Assembly: GCF_963921235.1 (NCBI RefSeq) | Contig: NC_086108.1 | Location: forward strand, 12,028,001-12,092,000 | Length of the DNA stretch: 64,000 nt | Direction: 5' to 3' | Source: Mobula hypostoma | Lineage: Eukaryota | In this document: in pieces, positions 1 through 15,000 of the stretch | How positions within the stretch are numbered: the first letter of the stretch is position 1 | How the letters are laid out: every line of letters begins with the position of its first letter | Made by a program: the position numbers and the translations under genes | Notes under the pieces: model-generated | What the model was told of the DNA's origin: nothing | Database searches by the model: none | What the model saw: only the letters and a program-made list of their open reading frames with translations

Positions 1-3000
1 AATCCAAAATGAAATGTTGAGAAACAGACAGTCTAAAATTAAATGTCTGCAGACAGTCAATACAACATGAAAGCTCAACAGACTGCCTGTCCAAGATGAA
101 ATGACTACAGGCTTTCAGGCCACCATGAACTGCCTGCAGACAGTCCAACATGAACTGTTAATGACTGTCAATCCACCATGAAGTGACTACAGATTGCTAT
201 TCCAACATGCAATGTTTACAGACTATCAGTCCACCATGAAATATCCATTGTCAGTCAACATGAAATGGCTACAGTCTGTACCACATGCAATGTCTGCAGA
301 CTGTCAGTCCAACATAAAAAGATTACAGACTGTTAGACCACCATGAAATGTGTACGGATTGTCAGTCCAGCATGAAACGTCTATAGACAGTCAGTCAAAC
401 TTGAAATGTCTACAGACTTTCAGTCCACCAAGAAATGTCTGCAGCCTCTCAGCCCAACATGAAATGTCTACAGACTGCCAGTCCAACATGTAATCTCAAC
501 AGACTGCCAGTCCAAGGTGAAATGTCTACAGACTGCCAGTCCAAGATGAAATGTCTACAGACTGTCAGTCCACCATGGCATGCCTACAGGGTGTCACTCC
601 AATGTGAAATGTCTACAGACTGTCAGTCCACTACGAAATGTGTACAAACTGTCAGTCTAACTTAAAATGTCTACAGACTTTCAGTCCACCAAGAAATGTC
701 TGTAGCCTCTCAGCCCAACATGAAATGTCATCAGTTGTCAGTCCACCATGAAATGTCTACAGACTATCAGTCCAACATGGAATGTCAACAGACTGTCAGT
801 CCAACATGAAATCTCGACAGACTGTTAGCCCTATATGAAAAGTCTACAGACTATCAGGCCAAACTCAGAAGTCAGCAGATTGTCAATCCACCATGAAATG
901 TCTACAGACTATCATTCCACTATGAAATGACTGTACACTATCAGTCCAACATGAAATGGCAACAGACTGCCAGTTCAAGACAAAATCTTTGCAGACTTTC
1001 AGTCCACAAAGAAATTACTGCAGACCGTCAAACCAAAATGCAATGTCTGCAGACTGTCAGTACAATATGAAGTGTCTAGACACTGCAAGTCCAGCATGAA
1101 ATCTCAACAGCCTGCCTATCCAAGGAGAAATGACTACAGACTTTCAGGCCACCATGAAATGCCTGCAGACCACCAATCCAACGTGAACTGTTAATGGCTG
1201 TCAGTGCACAATGAAGTGTCTACACAGTCAGTCCAACATGGAATATCTACAGACTGTCAGTCCGCCATGGAATGCCTATCATCTTCCATTCAACGTGAAA
1301 TGTCTACAGACAGTCAGTCCAACATGCGATGTCTACAGACTGCCAGTCCAACGTGAAATGTCTACAGAGTGTCACTCCAACATGAAATGTCTACAGGCTG
1401 TCACTCCAATGTGAAATCTCCTCAGAATGCCAGTCCACCTTGAAATGTCCAACTTCAGATGTCTGCAGATAGTCAGTCCAACCTCAGATGTCTGCAGATT
1501 GACAGTCCTTAGTGAAAGGTTTACAGACAGTCAGCCCACAAAGAAATGTCTGCAGTCTCTCAGCCCAACATGAAATGTCTTCAGTTGTCAGTCCACCATG
1601 AAATGACTACGGTTTGTCAGTCCAACGTGGAATGTCAATAGACTTCAAGTCCAACATGAAATCTCAACAGACTGCGAGTCCAAGATGAAATGTCTACAGA
1701 CTGTCAGTCCAACATGAAATGCAAACAGTGTGCTCATCCAAGATGAAGTATCTCAAGAATTTCAGTCCACCAAGAAATGTCTGCAGACTGTCAGTCCAAC
1801 ATGAAATGTCTATAGACTGTCAGTCCAACATGAAATGTCTGAAGTCAGTAAAACAGGCAATGTCTCCCGATGAAATCTCTGCAATATTCCTGTAGAACAT
1901 GAAATGTCTACAGACTATCAGTCCACCATGAAATGACTACAGCCTATCAGTCCAACATAAAATATCTACAGACTACCACTCCAACATGAAATGCCAACAG
2001 ACTGCCAGTCCAAGAAAAAATGTCTGCAGACTTTCAGTACACAAATAAATGACTGCAGACTGTCAGTCCAAAATGAAATGTCTACAGACAGTCAGTACAA
2101 CATGAAATGTCTAGAGACTGCCAGTCCAACATGAAATCTCAACAGACTGCCTGTCCAAGATGAAATGACTACAGACTTTCAGGCTACCATGAAATGCCTG
2201 CAGACTGTCATCCAACATGAAATGTTAATGGCTTTCAGTCCACCATGAAGAGCCTACAGACTGTCAGACCAACATGGAATGCCTATCATCTTCCAGTCTA
2301 CAGGAAATGTCTACAGACATTCAGTCCAACATGAAATGTCTGCAGACTGCCAGTCCAAAATGAAATGTCTGCAGACAGTTCATCCAACATGAAATTTCTA
2401 CTGTCAGTGCAACATACAATATCTAAGACTCAGTGCAAAATGAAATATCTCCTGAGTCTCACCCCAACGTGAAATGTGTACAGACTGTCAGTCCAGTATA
2501 AAAAGCGTACAGACTGTCAGTCCAAATTCAGAAGTCTGCCGATTGTCAATCCACCATGAAGTGTCCACAATATTCCAGTCCAACATGAAATGTCTACAGA
2601 CTATCAGTCCACTATGAAATTTCTAAAGACTGTCAGTCCAATATAAAATGTCTACAGTTTACCAGTCCAACACGAAATGGCAACAGACTGCCTGTCCAAG
2701 ATGAAATGTCTGCAGACTTTCAGTCCACCAATAAATGCCTGCAGACTGCCAGTCGAATATGAAATAGTTGCAGACTGTCCATCCAACATGAAATCTCGTA
2801 AGACAGTCAGTCCAGCATAAAATGTAAACAGACTGTCAGTCCCCCATGAAATGTCTACAGCCTGTGAGTCCAATCTGCAATCTCTGTAGACTGTCAGTTC
2901 AATATGGAAAAGTTTACAGACTGCCAGTCCAGTATGAAATGTCCACAGACTATCAGTCCAACATGAAAAGTTAACAGACTGTCAGACAATATAAAATGTC

Positions 3001-6000
3001 TACAGACTGTCAGTTCAACGTGGAATGTCTACAATCTCCTATTCCAACATGAAATTCAACAGACTGCCAGTCAAAGATAAAATGTCTACAGTCAGTCCAA
3101 AATTAAATGTTTACAGTAAGTGCAACATGCAATATCTAAAGACTCAGTCTAAAATGACTGTCACCCCAACAAGTAATGTCTTCAGACAGTCAGTCCTATA
3201 TGAAAAGTCAACAGACAGTCAGTCCAAATTTAGAAGTCTGCAAAATGTCAGTACAACTTTTAATGTCAACAAACTCTCTGTCCTAAAGGAAATATCTGCA
3301 GACTGTCAGTCTAACATAAAATGTCTACAGACTGTCAGTCCAATATAAAATGTCTACAGACAGTCAGTCCACCATGAAATATCTACACACTGTCAGTACA
3401 ACATGAAATGTCTACAGACTTTCAGTCTACTAAGAAATGTCTGCAAACCCTCAGCTCAAAATAAAATATCTACAGCCTGTCAGTCCAAAAGGAAATGACT
3501 ACAGACTGTATTCGAACATTAAATCTTTATGGACTGTTATTCCAACATGAAATGTCAGTAGACTGCCATTCAAAATGAAATTTATACAGACCTTCGGTCA
3601 TCCAATAAATGTCTGCAGACTACTAGTCCAAGATGAAATGTCTACAGATCTACAGTCCACCAAGAAATGTCTGCACACTGTCAGTCCAACATGAAATGTT
3701 GAAAGACAGTCAGTCCTAAATGAAACGTTTACAGACTGTCAGTCTAACATGAAATGTCAACAGACTGCCAGTCCAAGATGAAATGTCTACAGACTTTCAG
3801 TCCACTAAGAAATGCCTGCAGACTGTCAGTCCAACATGAAATGTCTATGGACTGTCAGTCCTCATGAAATGTCAACAAACTCTCAGTCCTAAAGGGAATG
3901 TCTACAGACTGTCAGCCAACATAAAATGTCTACACACTTTCAGTCTACCAAAAATGTCTGCAGACTCTCGGCTTAACATGAAATGTCTACAGACACTCTG
4001 TCCACCATGAAACCTTGACAGACTGTCAGTTCAAAAGGAATGTCTGCAATCTTCAACTCCAACATAAGATGTCCACAGACTAACAGTCCAACATGAAAAG
4101 TCAAAAGACTGTCAGTCCAACATGAAAATTCGTTAGACAGTCAGTCCAAAATGAAATGTCTACAGACTGTCAGTCCACCATTAAATGTCTACAGACTGTC
4201 AGTCCAACATGAACTGTCTACAGACTTTCAGTACACCAAGAGATGTCAGCAGACACTCAGCCCAACATGAAATGTCTACAAACTGTCACTGCAACATGAA
4301 ATGATAACAGACTGTCATTCGAGCATGAAATGTCTAAAAACTGCCAGTCCAACATGAAATGTCAACAGACTGCTAGTCCAAGATGAAATGTCCACAGACT
4401 ATAAGCCCAACATGACATGTCTACAGACTGTCTGTCATTCATGAAATGTCCACAGATTGACAGTCCACCATGAAATGTCTGCAGTTGTCAGTCCAATGTG
4501 AAATCTCTACAGACTGTCAGTTCAACATGGAAAAGCCTACAGACTTCCAGACTAACATGAAATGTCTACAGTCTAGCAGTCCAACATGAAATGTCGAAAG
4601 ACAGTCAGTCTAAAATTTAATGTCTACCGGCAATCAGTCCAACATAAAATGTTTACAGACAGTCAGTCCACCATAGAATGACTACAGACTGTCAGTCCAA
4701 CTTGAAATGTCTACAGACTGCCAGTCCAAGAAGAAATGTCTACAGACTTTCAGTCCACCAAGAAATGACTGCAGACTGTCAGGCCAACATGAAATGAAGA
4801 CAGATTGTCATTCAAACATGAAATATCTTCAGATTCCCATTCCAAGATGAAATGTCAAAAGACTGTCAGTCCAAGATGAAATGTCTGCAGACTTTCAATC
4901 CACCATGAAATGTCTACAGACGGTCAGTCTAACACGAAATGTCTTCAGACTGTCAGACCAATATGAAATGCCAAAAGACTGTCATTCGAACATGACATGC
5001 CTACAGACTGTCAGGGCAACATTAAAGGTCAACAGACTGTCAGTTCAAAATGGAATGTCTACAAGCTTCCAGTCCAACAGGAAATGTCTACAGACTGTAA
5101 ATTCAACATGAAATATCGACAGACTGTCAGTCCACAATAAAATGTCTCCAGGATGTCACTCCAATAGAAATGCCTGCATATTGTGAGTCCAACGTGGAAA
5201 GTCTACAGACTTCAAGTCCAACATGAAATGTCTACAGCCTGTCAGTCCACTATGAAATGTCTACAGACTGTCAGTCCAGTATGCAAAGTCTACAGACTAC
5301 CAGTCCAACATCAAATGCCTACAGACTGTCATTCAAACATGAAATGTCCACAGATTCCCATTCCAACATGAAATGTCAAAAGACTGCCAGTCCAAGATGA
5401 AATATCTACAGACTTTCAATTCACCAAGAAATGTCTGCAGACAGTTAGTCCAAGATGAAACGCCTACAGACTGTCAGTCCACCAAGAAATGTCTACAGAC
5501 TGTAAATACACCATGAAATGTCTCCACACAGTCAGTCCACCATTACTTGTCTACACACTGTCAGTACAACATGAAATATCTACAGACTTTCAGTCCACCA
5601 TGAAATGTGCACAGACTGTCAGTCCACCATGAAATGTCTAAAGACTGTCAGACCAATGCAAAATCTCTACAGACTGTCAGTTCAACATGGAATATCTGCA
5701 ATCTTCCAGTCCAACATAAAATGTCCACAGACTATTAGTCCAATATGAAAAGTCAACAGACTGTCTGACCCATTTTTAATGTCTGCAGACTGTCAGTCCA
5801 AAATGAAATGCCTACAGGCTTGTCAGTCCAACGTGAAATGTCAACAGACTGCTAGTCCAAGATGAAATATCTACAGACTTTCAGTCCACCAAGAATTGAC
5901 TGCAGATTGTCAGCCCAACATGAAATGTCTACAGACTGTCAATCCAACATGAAATGTCTACAGACTGTATTCGAACGTGAAATGACTACGGACTGCCCAT

Positions 6001-7901
6001 CTAACATGAAATGCCAACAGACTGCCAGTCCAAGATGAAATATCTGCAGACTTTGAGTCCACCAATAAATGTCTGCAAACTGTCACTCCAATATGAAATG
6101 TCTGCAGACTGTCAGTCTAACAAGAAATGTCAAAAGATAGTCAGTCCAACATAAAATGTCCACAGACTGTCAGTCCACCATGAAATGTCTACAGTCTGTC
6201 CGTCCTCAAGGAATCTCTACAGACTGTCAGTCTAATGTGAAATCTCAACAGATTGTCAGTTCAACATGGAAAAGACCGCAGACTTAGAGTCCAGTATAAA
6301 ATGTTCACAGACTATCAGTCCAACATTAAGAGTCAACAGACTGTCATTCCCTTAAGAAATGTCTTCAGACTCTCAGTCCAACATGAAATGTCTGCAGATT
6401 GTCAGTCCATCATAAAATGTCTGCCGACAGTCAGTCCACCATAAAAAGTCTGCAGACTCCAGTCCAACATGAATTGTCAACAGACTGCTAGTTCAACATG
6501 AAATATCTATAGACTTTCAGTCCACCAATAAATGTCTGCAGATTCTCAGTCCAACATGAAATCTCTGCAAACTATTAGTCCAACATGAAATGTCAACAGA
6601 CTGCTAGTCCAAGATGAAATGTCTACATCCTTTCATCCACCTTAAAATGTCTACAGACTGTCACTCCAATGTGAAATGTCTGCAGACTTTGAGTCCAATG
6701 TGGAATGCCTACAAACTTCAATTCTAGCATGAAATGTCCACAGACTGTCAGTCCACTATGAAATGCCTGCAGTTGTCTGTCCATATGAAATCTTTACATT
6801 CTGTCAGTTCAACATGGAAAAGCCTACAGACTTCCAATCCAATATGAAATGTCTACAGACCATCAGTCCAACATGAAAAGGTAACAGACGGTCCAATGCA
6901 AAATGTCTTCAGACTGTCAGTTCAACATGGAATGTCTACAATCTTCCAGTCCAACAGGAAATGTTTACAGACTATCAGTACAACAGGAAATGTCAAAAAT
7001 GTGTCAGTCCAAAATGAAATGTCGAAAGTGCCTCAGTTCAACATAAACTGTTTACAGACTGTCTGTCCACCATGCAATCTCTACAGACTGCAAGTCCAAC
7101 ATGAAATGTCAACAGACTGCCAGTCCAAGATGTAATGTCTACATTCTTTCAGTCCAACATGAAATGACTATGGACAGTCAGTTCAACATAAACTGTTAAC
7201 AGACTGTCTGTCCACCATATAATGTCCACGGACTGTCAGTCCACAATGAAATGTCTGCAGACAGTCAGTCCAATCTGAAATCTCAACAGACTGTCAGTTC
7301 AACATGGAAAAGCCTTCAGACTTCCAGTCCAATATGAAATGTCTACAGACAATCAGTCCAACATGAAAGTTCAACAGTGTTAGTCCCATGTAAAATGTCT
7401 ACAGACTGTCAGTTCAACATGGAATGTCTACAATCTTCCAGTCCAATAGGAAATGTCTACAGACTGTCAGCCCACCATGAAATGTCTGCAGACTGTCAGT
7501 CTAACATGAAACGTCTGCAGACTATGAATACAATATGAAAGGTCTACAGACTCCCACTTGAACATTGAATGTCTACAGACTATCAGTCCAACATGAAATG
7601 CTTCAGACTGTCAGTCCAACATGAAATGTCTACAGTGTCAGTCCAACATGCAATTTGTACAAACTCAATCCAACATGAAAAGTCAACACACTATCAGTCA
7701 CATATGAAATGTCTACAGACTGTCAGTTGGACATCAAATGCCCACAGACTGTCATTCGAACATGAAATGCCAACAGACTGTCAGTACAACTGAAAATATC
7801 TACAATCAGTCCAAAAGGCAATGTCTACAGACTGTCGGTCCAACATGAAATGTCTGCAGACTACCAATCCAACATGAAATGGCAACATACCTGCTTTCAA
7901 G

Positions 7902-8525
7902 TGTAAGGGGGTTTCGTCTTTTAATGTTACTGTGTAGGCTAAATAAAATGGTTTCTTTGTTACGTTATACTTGGGAATGCTTCTTTGTTATGTTAAACAC
8001 TGAGAAAGTTTTGCGCTAGCAGCTTTTTGTGGGTTAGGGGGTGATAAGAGGATGTTATGAACCAATTGGAATAGTTGTTATGAAATAGATGTCCGCTAAC
8101 AGGGTCAGACCCTGAGGAGCGCGTTCGGTGAGGAGAGGAGACAGAGACGGACTCGTGTAGAGCATCTGGTCGACCACCGTTGTTGGTCCCAGGTGGCCAG
8201 TCGAGGCGGTCCGAGGGGTCGCAGAGTGAAGAAGAAGGGTGTTCAGCTCCAACCAACCTTTTTGTGCACGAAGAGATTGAATTTTGATATGTGTGGCGCC
8301 TTTTATTTTCCTTTTATATTTTATTCTCTATTAATTATTTAGTTCCAGTAATATCTATAAACTGTAAATCATTTAGTCGTATCTGGTGTATTGTCTGTTA
8401 TTTGGGTGGGGTGGGGTACATCACACAGCATCCACACAAACTATTACCCGGATTGGCGGGGCCGAGGGCTGTTTCCCTAGACAACAGCGAGCCGAGCAAC
8501 TCTGAGGTTGGCCAGGGGGGCCACA
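7902..8525. mobile_element. Probable solo LTR (624 bp) inserted in the satellite
   Basis: Non-satellite block with TGT...ACA termini and a 4-bp near-TSD (caag 7898-7901 / caaa 8526-8529). The uninterrupted paralogous site is at 14051-14120. No coding capacity; family and orientation not determined. Confidence 0.8.
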
Positions 8526-8563
8526 CAAACATGAAATTTATGCGGACTGTCAGTTATGCGGAC

Positions 8564-9040
8564 TGATTCCTGGGATGGCAGGACTTTCATATGAAGAAAG
8601 ACTGGATGAACTGGGCTTGTACTCGTTGGAATTTAGAAGATTGAGGGGGGATCTGATTGAAACGTATAAAATCCTAAAGGGATTGGACAGGCTAGATGCA
8701 GGAAGATTGTTCCCGATGTTGGGGAAGTCCAGAACAAGGGGTCACAGTTTGAGGATAAAGGGGAAGCCTTTTAGGACTGAGATTAGGAAAAACTTCTTCA
8801 CACAGAGAGTGGTGAATCTGTGGAATTCTCTGCCACAGGAAACAGTTGAGGCCAGTTCCTTGGCTATATTTAAGAGGGAGTTAGATATGGCCCTTGTGGC
8901 TACGGGGATCAGGGGGTATGGAGGGAAGACTGGGGCGGGGTTCTGAGATGGATGATCAACCATGATCATAATAAATGGCGGTGCAGGCTCGAAGGGCTGA
9001 ATGGTCTACTCCTGCACCTATTTTCTATGTTTCTATGTTT
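8564..9040 (+). mobile_element. 5'-truncated CR1 LINE, 3' end (ORF2 C-terminus, 3'UTR, (TTTCTATG)n tail)
   Basis: ORF 8575-8946 (LGLYSLEFRRLRGDLIETYKILKGLDR...RTRGHSL...NFFTQRVVNLWNSLP) is the CR1 ORF2 C-terminus. About 15 differences by eye from 51811-52290. Confidence 0.95.
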
Positions 9041-12000
9041 CACCATGAAATGTCCACAGACGGTCAGTCCAACATGAAATGTCAACAGACTGCCTATCCA
9101 ACATGAATTGTCTACAGACTGCCAGTCCAACATGCAATGTGTACAGACTCAGTCCAACATGAAAAGGTAACAGACTGTCAGTCACATATGAAATGTCTAC
9201 AGACTGTCAGTCCAACACAAAATATCTACAATCTTCCAGACCAACAAGAAATGTCTACAGAGTGTCAGTCCAACATAAAATGTTTACAGACTGTCAGTCC
9301 AACATGAAATGTCTACAGACTGTCAGCCCACCATGAAATGTGTGCAGACTTTTAGTGCAATATGAAATGCCTACAGACTTTCACTCGAACATGAGATGTC
9401 AACAGACTCTCAGTCCAACATGAAATGTCTACAGACTGTCTGTCCAACATGAAATGTCATCATAAATTCAGTCCAAAATGAAATACCTGCAGATAATGAG
9501 TCCAACATGAAATATGTACACACTGTCAGTCCGTCGTGAAATTTCTTCAGTCAGTCCGCCATGAAATGTCTACAGACTATCACTCCAATGCAAAATCTTT
9601 GCAGACTGTCAGTTCAACTTCATGCAATGTCTACAGACTCTCAGTCCATCATGAAATGTCCACATACAGACCAACATGCAATGTCTACAGACTGTCAATC
9701 CAAAGTGACATTTCTACATACATTAAATGTCTGCAGATTGCCAGTCCAACATGAAATGTCAACATACCTTCTTTCAAGCATGAAATTTATGCAGATGGTC
9801 AGTCGACAATGAAATGCCTACAGACTACCGGTCCAACATCAAATGCCTACAGACTGTCATTGGAACATGAAATTTCTCCAGACAGTCAGTCCAACATGAA
9901 ATGTCAACAGACTGCCTGTCCAAAATGAATTGTTTACAGACTGCCAGTCCAACATGCAATATGTACAGACTCAGTCCAACATGAAAAGTCAACAGACTGT
10001 CAGTCACATATGAAATGTCTATAGACTGCCAGTCCAACATAAAATATCTGCAATCTTCTAGACCAACAGGAAATGTCTACAAAGTGTCAGTCCAACATAA
10101 GATGTTTACCGACTCTCAGTCCAACATGAAATGTCAACTGGTCCAAGATGAAATATCTATAGACTTTCAGTCCACCAAGAAATGACTGTAGGCTGTCAGT
10201 CCAACATAAAATGACTACGGACTATCATCCAAACATGAAATATCTACCGACTCCCATTCCAACATGAAATGTCAAAAGACTGCCAACCCAAGATGAAATG
10301 TCTGTTGACCCTCAGTGCAACACGAAATGTCCACAGACTGTCAGCCCACCATGAAAAGTCCACAGACTGTCTGTTCACCAAGAAATCTTGACTGACTGAC
10401 AGTCCAAAGTGAAATTTCTACAGACAATCATTTCAACATGGAAAAGTCCACAGATTTCCAGTCCAGTATGAAATGTTTACAGACTATCAGTCAAACATGA
10501 AAGGTTAACAGACTGTCACTCCGATATGAAATGTCTTCAGACTGTCAGTCCAACATGAACAGTCAATAGACAGTCAGTCCAAACTGAAACGTCTGCACAC
10601 CTTCAGTCCAACATAAAATGTCTCAAGACTGTCAGTCCACCATGAAATGTCTACAGACTGCCAGTCCAACATGAAATGTCTACAGACTGCCAGTTCAATG
10701 TGAAATGTCTGCACACTTTAATTCCAACGTGGAATGTCTACAGACTTCAAGTCCAACATGAAATGTCTACAGACTGTCAGCTCAACATGGAAAAACCTTC
10801 AGACTTCCAGTCCAAATGAAATGTCTACAGACAATCAGTCCAACATGAAAGGTCAACAGAGTGTCAGTCCCATTTAAAATGTCTACAGACCGTCAGTTCA
10901 ACATGGAATGTCTACAATCTTCCAGTCCAACAGGAAACGTCTACAGACTATCAATCCAACATGAAATGATGAAAGACAGTAAGTCCAAAATGAAATGTAT
11001 ACAGACTATCAGTCCAACATCAAATATCAACAGACTGCCAGTCTAAGATGAAATGACTGCAGTATTTCAGTCCACCATGAAATGACTGCAGGCTGTCCGT
11101 CCAACATGAAATGTCTACAGACTGTCTGTCCAACATGAAATGTCATCAGAAATTCAGTCCAACATGAAATACCTGCAGATAATGAGTCCAACATGAAATA
11201 TGTATACACTGTCAGTCCGTCGTGAAATTTCTTCAGTCAGTCCACCATGAAATGTCAACAGACTATCACTCCAATGCGAAATCTTTGCAGACTGTCAGTT
11301 CAACTTCATGCAATGTCTACAGACTCTCAGTCCATCATGAAATGTCCACATGCAGACCAACATGCAATGTCTCCAGACTGTCAATCCAAAGTGACATTTC
11401 TACAGACATGAAATGTCTGCAGATTGCCAGTCCAACATGAAATGTCAACATACCTTCTTTCAAACATGAAATTTATGCAGACAGTCAGTCGACAATGAAA
11501 TGCCTACAGACTACTGGTTCAACATCAAATGCCTACAGACTGTCATTGGAACATGAAATTTCACCACACAGTTAGTCCAACATGAAATGTCAGACTGCCT
11601 GTCCAACATGAATTGTCTACAGACTGTCAGTCCAACATGCAATGTGTACAGACTCAGTCAAACATAAAAAGTTGACAGATTGTCAGTCACATATGAAATG
11701 TCTACAGACTGTCAGTCCAATATAAAATATCTACAATCTTCCAGACCAACAAGAAATGTCTGCAGAGTGTCAGTCCAACATGAAATGTGTGCAGACTTTT
11801 AGTGCAATATGAAATGCCTACAGACTTTCACTCGAACATGAGATGTCAACAGACTCTCAGTCCAACATGAAATGTCTACAGACTGTCTGTCCAACATGAA
11901 ATGTCATCAGAAATTCAGTCCAACATGAAATACCTGCAGATAACGAGTCCAACATGAAATATGTATACACTGTCAGTCCGTCATGAAATTTCTTCAGACA

Positions 12001-15000
12001 GTCAGTCCACCATGAAATGTCTACAGACTATCACTCCAATGCGAAATCTCTACAGTATGTCAGTTCAACATGGAAAAGCCTTCAGACTTCATGCAATGTC
12101 TACAGACTCTCAGTCCATCATGAAATGTCCACATGCAGACCAACATGCAATGTCTATAGACTGTCAATCCAAAGTGACATTTCTACAGACATGAAATGTC
12201 TGCAGATTGCCAGTCTAACATGAAATGTCAACATACCTTCTTTCAAACATGAAATTTATGCAGACAGTCAGTCGACAATGAAATGCCTACAGATTACCGG
12301 TTCAACATCAAATGCCTACGGACTGTCATTGGAAGATGAAATTTCACCAGACAGTCAGTCCAACATGAAATGTCAACAGACTGCCTGTCCAACATGAATT
12401 TTCTACAGACTGCCAGTCCAACACGCAATGTGTGCAGACTCAGAACAACATGAAAAGTTGACAGACTGTCAGTCCAACATAAATTATCTGCAATCTTCCA
12501 GACCAACAGGAAATGTCTACAGAGTGTCAGTCCAACATAAAATGTTTACCGACTGTCAGTCTAATGTGAAATGTCAACAGACTACCAGTCCAAGATGAAA
12601 TATCTACAGACTTTCAGTCCACCAAGAAATGACTGTAGGCTGTCAGTCCAACATAAAATGACTACAGACTGTCATTTGAACATGAAATGTCTACCGACTC
12701 CCATTCCAACATGAAATGTCAAAAGACTGCTAACCCATGATGAAATGTCTGTAGACTTCCAGTGCAACATGAAATGTCCACAGACTGTCAGTCCACCATG
12801 AAAAGTCCACAGTACACCATGAAATCTCGACTGACTGCCAATCCAAGGTGAAATCTCTACAGACCATCAGTTCAACATGAAAAAGTCCACAGACTTCCAG
12901 TTCAGTATGAAATGTTTACAGACTATCAGTCAAACATGAAAGGTCAACAGACTGTCACTCCGATATGAAATGTTTTCATCAGTCAGTCCAACATGAACAG
13001 TCAATAGACAGTCAGTCCAAACTGAAACGTCTGCACACGTTCAGTCCAACATAAAATTTCTCAAGACTGTCAGTCCACCAAGAAATGTCTACAGGCTGTC
13101 ACTCCAACGTGAAATGTCTGCACACTTTGATTCCAACGTGGAATGTCTACAGACTTCAAGTCCAACATGAAATGTCCACAGACTGTCAGACCACCATGAA
13201 ATATCCATAGACTGTCAGTCCACAATGAATGGGTGCAGGCAGTCAATCCAATGTGAAATATCTACAGACTTTCAGCTCAACATGGAAAAGCCTTCAACTT
13301 CCAGTCCAATATGAAATGTCTACAGACGATCAGTCCAACATGAAAGGTCAACAGAGTGTCAGTCCCATTTAAAATATCTACAGACTGTCAGTTCAACATG
13401 GAATGTCTACAATCTTGCAGTCCAACAGGAATTGTCTACAGACTATCAATCCAACATGAAATGTCGAAAGACAGTAAGTCCAAAATGAAATGTGTACAGA
13501 CTGTCAGTCTAACATAAAATGTCTACAAACTGTCGGTCCAACGTGAAATGTCTACAGACTGCCAGACCATAATGAAATGTCAACAGTCTGCTAGTCCAAG
13601 ATGAAATGTCTAAAGTCTGTCAGTCGGCCTTGAAATGTCTGCAGGCTGTCACTCCAACGTGAAATGTCTACAGTTGTGAGTCCAACAAGGAATGTCAATA
13701 GATTGCCAATCAAGATTTAATGTCTACAGACTTTCAGTCCATGAAGAAATGACTGCTGGCACTCATTCGAACATGTAATGTCTACAGACTCCCATTCCAA
13801 CATGAAATGTTAAAAGACTGCCGGTCCAAGATGAAATGTCTGCAGACTGTCAGCCCAACATGAAATGTCCACTGACTGACAGTCCACAGTGAATTGTCTA
13901 CACACTCTCAGTCCAACATGAAACGTCTGCAGAGTTTCAGACCACCAGGAAATAATGTCTACAGGCATATAATGTCTACAACATATAATGTCTACAGGCT
14001 GTCAGTCTACCATGAAATGTCTACAGACTGCCAATCCAACATGAAATGTCAACATACCTGCTTTCAAACATGTAATTTATGCAGACTGTCAGTTCACCAT
14101 GAAATGTCCACAGACGGTCATTCCAATATGAAAAGTCTACAGACTACCAATCTAACATCAAATGCCTACAGACTGTCAGTACAACAGGAAATGTCTACAG
14201 TCAGTCCAAAAGGCAGTGTCTACAGACTGCCAGTCCAACATGAAATGTCAACATACCTGCTTTCAAACATGAAATTTATGCAGGCGGTCAGTCAACAATG
14301 AAATGTCTACAGTCGACCAGTCTAACATCAAATGCCTACAGACTGTCATTGGAACATGAAATTTCTCCAGTCAGTCCAACATGAAATGTCAACAGACTGC
14401 CTGTCCAACATGAATTGTCTACAGACTGCCAGTCCAACATGCAATGTGTACAGACTCAGTCCAACATGAAAAGTCAACAAACTGTGAGTCACATATGAAA
14501 TGTCTACAGACTGTCAGTCCAACCTAGTATGTCGACAGATCGTCATTTAAATTTGAAATTTCTACAGACTGTCAGTGAACCGTAAAATGTCTGCTGTCAG
14601 TACAACGTGAATATCTACAGTCAGTCCAACATGCAATATCTACAGACTGTCAGTCCAACATGAAATATCTATAGTCAATCCAACATGCGATGTCTACAGA
14701 CTGTCAATCCAAAGTGAAATTTCTACAGATTGTCATTCGACATGTAATGTCTTCAGACTGCCAATTTGACATGAAATTTATGCAGATTGTCAGTCCACCA
14801 TGAAATGTCTACAGACTGTCAGTCGAACATCAAATGCCTACAGAGTGTCATTTGAACATGAAATACCTACAGACTGTCAGTACAATAGGAAATGTCTACA
14901 GTCAGTCCAAAAGGCAATGTCTACAGACTGTTAGTCCCATGAAATGTCTGCAGACTGCCAGTCCAACATGAAATGTCAACGTACCTGCTGTCAAACATAA

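Noticed and set aside
435..14301. Many 60-135 aa ORFs with MKCLQTVSPT / MSTDCQS repeats as a repetitive protein family
   Set aside because: They are translations of the 29-bp satellite, with frequent stops and frame cycling. The CR1 ORF at 8575-8946 is treated separately.
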